DNA of 64,000 nucleotides from Cirrosporium novae-zelandiae (Eukaryota): NCBI GenBank assembly GCA_026023565.1, contig JAPETS010000014.1, positions 1 to 64,000 of the forward strand, read 5' to 3'. Shown piece by piece: positions 60,439 to 64,000 of this stretch (position 1 is its first letter; each line of letters starts with the position of its first letter). The notes under the pieces were generated by a model. It saw only the letters and a program-made list of their open reading frames with translations, ran no database searches and was not told where the DNA came from. The position numbers and the translations under genes were made by a program.

Positions 60439-60999
60439 ATTAGACTACCTCCTCCTTGACCAAAACATGTGGCTGTGGCATGGGCCATGAATGTTAACAG
60501 TCACCATACGATTAGTGGAGTGTGATGAAATAGTAGAAAACACAAATGGGCAGAATGGTTAGAAATTCAAGAATGATGTCCAACATTCATCTGTTACACT
60601 GTTACACAGTGGACCGCGTACTCGAGTACTTTCGAAAGCATACATGTAATTAGTAGTCAAGGCGTTTTTTTAGTCCGGGATTGACAAGATGTACTTTTTA
60701 GTATTTTTAGCTTTTATGCACGTCATAATTTATTATTCATTACTAAGGTTCCTGAATCAGCGTCACCTCAGCTTCGCCAAATTCAGTACTCCGCTGCCCT
60801 CTGCCCCGCGCGAAGAATGTAAATATAAATAAATAGGCATCCCATCGCCATCATTCTTCTAGATCCCAATACTTATTACAGTCTTGTTGATTGGGCCTTT
60901 TTCATGTTCTCTCCCTTATCGAGGTCCAAGTTAATAACCCAACATATAAACCCCAAAGTCTCTGCCATTGGATCATTTAGAATATCTCCCACCTTCACC

Positions 61000-62226
61000 A
61001 TGGCAGTACGAATAACCCCATTTCTTGTCTCTGTTGTTACAGTTGCTTTCTTAGGCTTATACTTGAACCATTTCCAGACCAGCGTCATCAAGAAAATCAC
61101 CGATTGGGTTGATCCCAAGGATAAGTCCGGCGAGTTCAAGCGACAAACATCATCTTTTCGAAGTTTTATTTCCAGGGAGGCTGGTGCGGAGTTTCCACCA
61201 GAGAAAGACAGATATCACCTATACGTCTCTTATGCATGCCCTTGGGGTTCGTTTACCGTCACTTAACTGGATTGCATCAGGACAGGAGTGTTGATATGAT
61301 GCAGCTCACCGAACCCTAATCACGAGGAAATTAAAGGGCCTGGAAGATGTCATCTCCTTTACTGCTGTACATTGGCATATGGCCGATAAAGGTTTCCCAT
61401 TATCCCTCTACTTGATTCCTGAAGCATCCGTGCTGAATATTCCACTCCAGGCTGGCGATTCGCTACTCCCGACGAGCATGTGCCAGGTGAAAATGTTACA
61501 CCAGATCCATTACACCCAAGCTTCACGCACCTTCGAGAAATCTACTTTGAAGCAAATCCCAATTACGACGGTCGATTCACGGTCCCTGTTTTATACGACA
61601 AAAAGACCAAAAAAATCGTTAACAATGAAAGCAGCGAGATCATCCGAATGTTCTACTACGAGTTCGACGATCTGATTGACGAAAAATACAAACAGCTGGA
61701 CCTGTACCCGGAGGATCTGAGAAAAGAAATCGACGAGACCAACGACTGGACATACAATGATATCAACAACGGGGTGTACAAATGCGGATTCGCCACCACC
61801 CAAGAAGCCTACGAGAAGGCGCTACAACCCCTATTCCACGCCCTCGCCAAAGCCGAGCACCACCTCCTCCTAAAAGCCAACCCAGATACCCCCTTCTACC
61901 TGGGAACCTCCCACCCCACCGAAGTCGACATCCGCCTCTACACAACCATCATCCGCTTCGATCCCGTCTACGTCCAGCACTTCAAAACAAACCTCAAGGA
62001 TATCCGCTCCGGATTTCCCGCCCTGCATCGGTGGCTGCGCATGTGCTACTGGGATCTCGAGGCCTTCAGTGGGACTACCCAGTTCGAACATATCAAGAAA
62101 CACTATACCAAGAGCCACAAGCAGATTAATCAGTTCTCGATTACTCCCGTGGGACCGTTGCCGAATATTATGGGTAAGGATGAGGAGGTTATGGCGGCTA
62201 AGGCTATGCAGCATCATCATCTGTAA
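61000..62226 (+). CDS. Omega-class glutathione transferase / glutathionyl-hydroquinone reductase (ECM4-like)
   Basis: Motifs GEFKRQTSSFR, RYHLYVSYACPW|AHRTLI, RFTVPVLYD, IVNNESSEI, INNGVYKCGFA and IRFDPVY. Introns at 61247-61304 and 61392-61450, and probably 61006-61077. An in-frame upstream ATG lies at 60904. Confidence 0.92.
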
Positions 62227-63234
62227 GGGGTGGGAGAGTGGGGGGGGTGTAGGTGTAATGTGGATTAATTAACTTTTATCCTTTTTTTTCTTGTTAGGAT
62301 TATTAACCTCTTACCTAGGTGAGGTAAGGCCTTGAAGAAACCATTCAGAAAGCCAAAAAGCGAGTTAGTTAGTATATGTATGTATATACCTCTCTATATC
62401 TATATCTACCTGTCTATCTATATATGATGAAGTCGCCTCAGCAAAACAATCATCCATTTAGCTACTACACTCTCTTAACAACCAACAACCAACAATGAAT
62501 AAATAACCCACACACACATAACATCCCCCCCAAAAGAAAACATACCCTCAGCCTCTCCTACTCTACCAAAGCACCCATGAATAACCCCCCCCCCCTTTCC
62601 CCATTCCCCCCATAACACCAACCGGTATATCCTCAATCCTCAAATCCTAAACTATCCATCCATTTCATAGGATACCTACCTATCAAGAGGATAGTGGGGA
62701 TGGTGTGATGGTGGGTATTGTACTAATCTAATCTAATTAAATCAATCAATCAATCAACTAAGATCCCCCCTATTCCTATCCCTATCCTAATCCCTTCCTT
62801 TCATTTTAGAAAATCCATCTTATTCAATACCTATTCCTATTCCCTACCTTTCTCCTCATTAAAAAAAAAAAAAAACGGACCAAGACCCAAACCTCAAAGA
62901 TAAGAAAACAAGTAATTAATAATAATTCTAGGGAAGAAGAAGAAGAAGAAGAAGCCCCTTCAAGGCTCATTTTATATTATTGTTGTTGGAAAACTACTTT
63001 GATGATTTTTTTTTTTTTTTTTAAAAAAAAAGGGGGGGGGGGGGGTTCTTAGGCTTAGAGCAGTGTATATACTTCTGGGGTTTGGTCGGTTTTTTTTATT
63101 TTTTTATTTTTATTTGGAGAAAGTATCCTATTCTTTCTTTCTTTTTTTCCTTAGCCCTTCTCCAATACTATACCTACCTGGGTACCTACTATCGAAAAAC
63201 AAACTGAGAACTGAGGACTGAGGATTTGCGGGGT

Positions 63235-63411
63235 GGGTGGTAGTGGTGGTTTGTGATGGTGATCGTAGCAGTTGTGATTGTAGTAGTAGTGATTGTAGTA
63301 GTAGTGATTGTAGTAGTTGTGATTGTAATAATAGTGATGGTGGTGGTGGTTGTCGTAGCGATTGTAATAATAGTGATTGTGGTGGTGATTGTGGTGGTGA
63401 TTGTGATGGTA
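63235..63411. repeat. Degenerate GTG/GTA/ATT trinucleotide-based low-complexity repeat
   Basis: GTGATTGTAGTAGTA-like units. These explain the Val/Ile-only and Ser/Gln/Leu ORFs in the track. Confidence 0.85.
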
Positions 63412-64000
63412 AATAAGAAAGGAGCATATAAGAAGAAGTATCTATCTATCTAAAAAAAAAGGAAAGAAAATAAATACACACATGAAATAAAGAAAGATAA
63501 ATAAATATCTACATAGGTATAATGTGAATCCATATATATATGTATATATGCCCCCCCCCCCCCAACACTCAATCTTCTATCCCAATTCTCACACCTCCTA
63601 TGAATATTCTAGACACTACTAGCAGCAATCAGCAGCAATCAGCAGCAACCAGCAGAAATTTCTAAACCTAACTAGCTTTATTTTGTTTTTGCTTTAGTTT
63701 TGTTAACCTGAAGGTTTTGTGTTGGTGTTGTTGATGTATAGTGTTGTAGTCGTAGGCTATTGAGAAATCAATATTTATTTGAGTCACGGTTCCTTCCGCA
63801 CTCACTCATACTCTCACACCCTCATACTCTTCCCTCCAAGTGCTTTCCCTCTCTTCTTCTATTTGCTTGCGGGTTCATCGACCGGAGTGGTGTCGTTTCA
63901 ACATACGCAGACACACAACACACACAGACGCGAGAACAGGCGCACACATACACACAAGTACAAACATACACACAAATACACTCTCACTTACTCACTCACT

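Noticed and set aside
63128..63453. ORFs of 99 and 66 aa on opposite strands
   Set aside because: They are translations of a trinucleotide-based low-complexity repeat.

Overview
Eukaryotic DNA from a filamentous ascomycete (Pezizomycotina), shown by short GT-AG introns with CTRAC-type branch sites, an intron-containing tRNA and microsatellite-rich intergenic DNA. Conserved genes: a secreted intradiol dioxygenase-like protein, PRP22 DEAH helicase, an Amt/MEP ammonium transporter, a peroxisomal GNPAT/GPAT-like acyltransferase ending in -SRL, gamma-tubulin complex GCP4, ubiquitin E1 UBA1 and an omega-class GST (ECM4-like), plus several hypothetical proteins. Between about 13 and 27 kb is a gene-poor tract with Ty3/gypsy relics and tRNA-Gln(CTG). 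Best candidates for something new: (i) a compact four-gene accessory island at 27.4-34.3 kb encoding an ADP-ribosyltransferase-fold pseudogene, a vWA/MIDAS + Cys-cluster protein, a CorA-like 2TM protein lacking GMN and a disordered ORF; (ii) a protein with seven copies of an unrecognised 'RxSLLxKLGYSSEGAANRK' motif; (iii) a likely CUG-initiated, NLS-bearing UBA1 isoform; (iv) a multi-copy TA-flanked MITE family; (v) a candidate orphan C/D snoRNA; and (vi) a three-exon microprotein gene only partly caught by the ORF track. All calls come from reading the sequence; no database searches were run.
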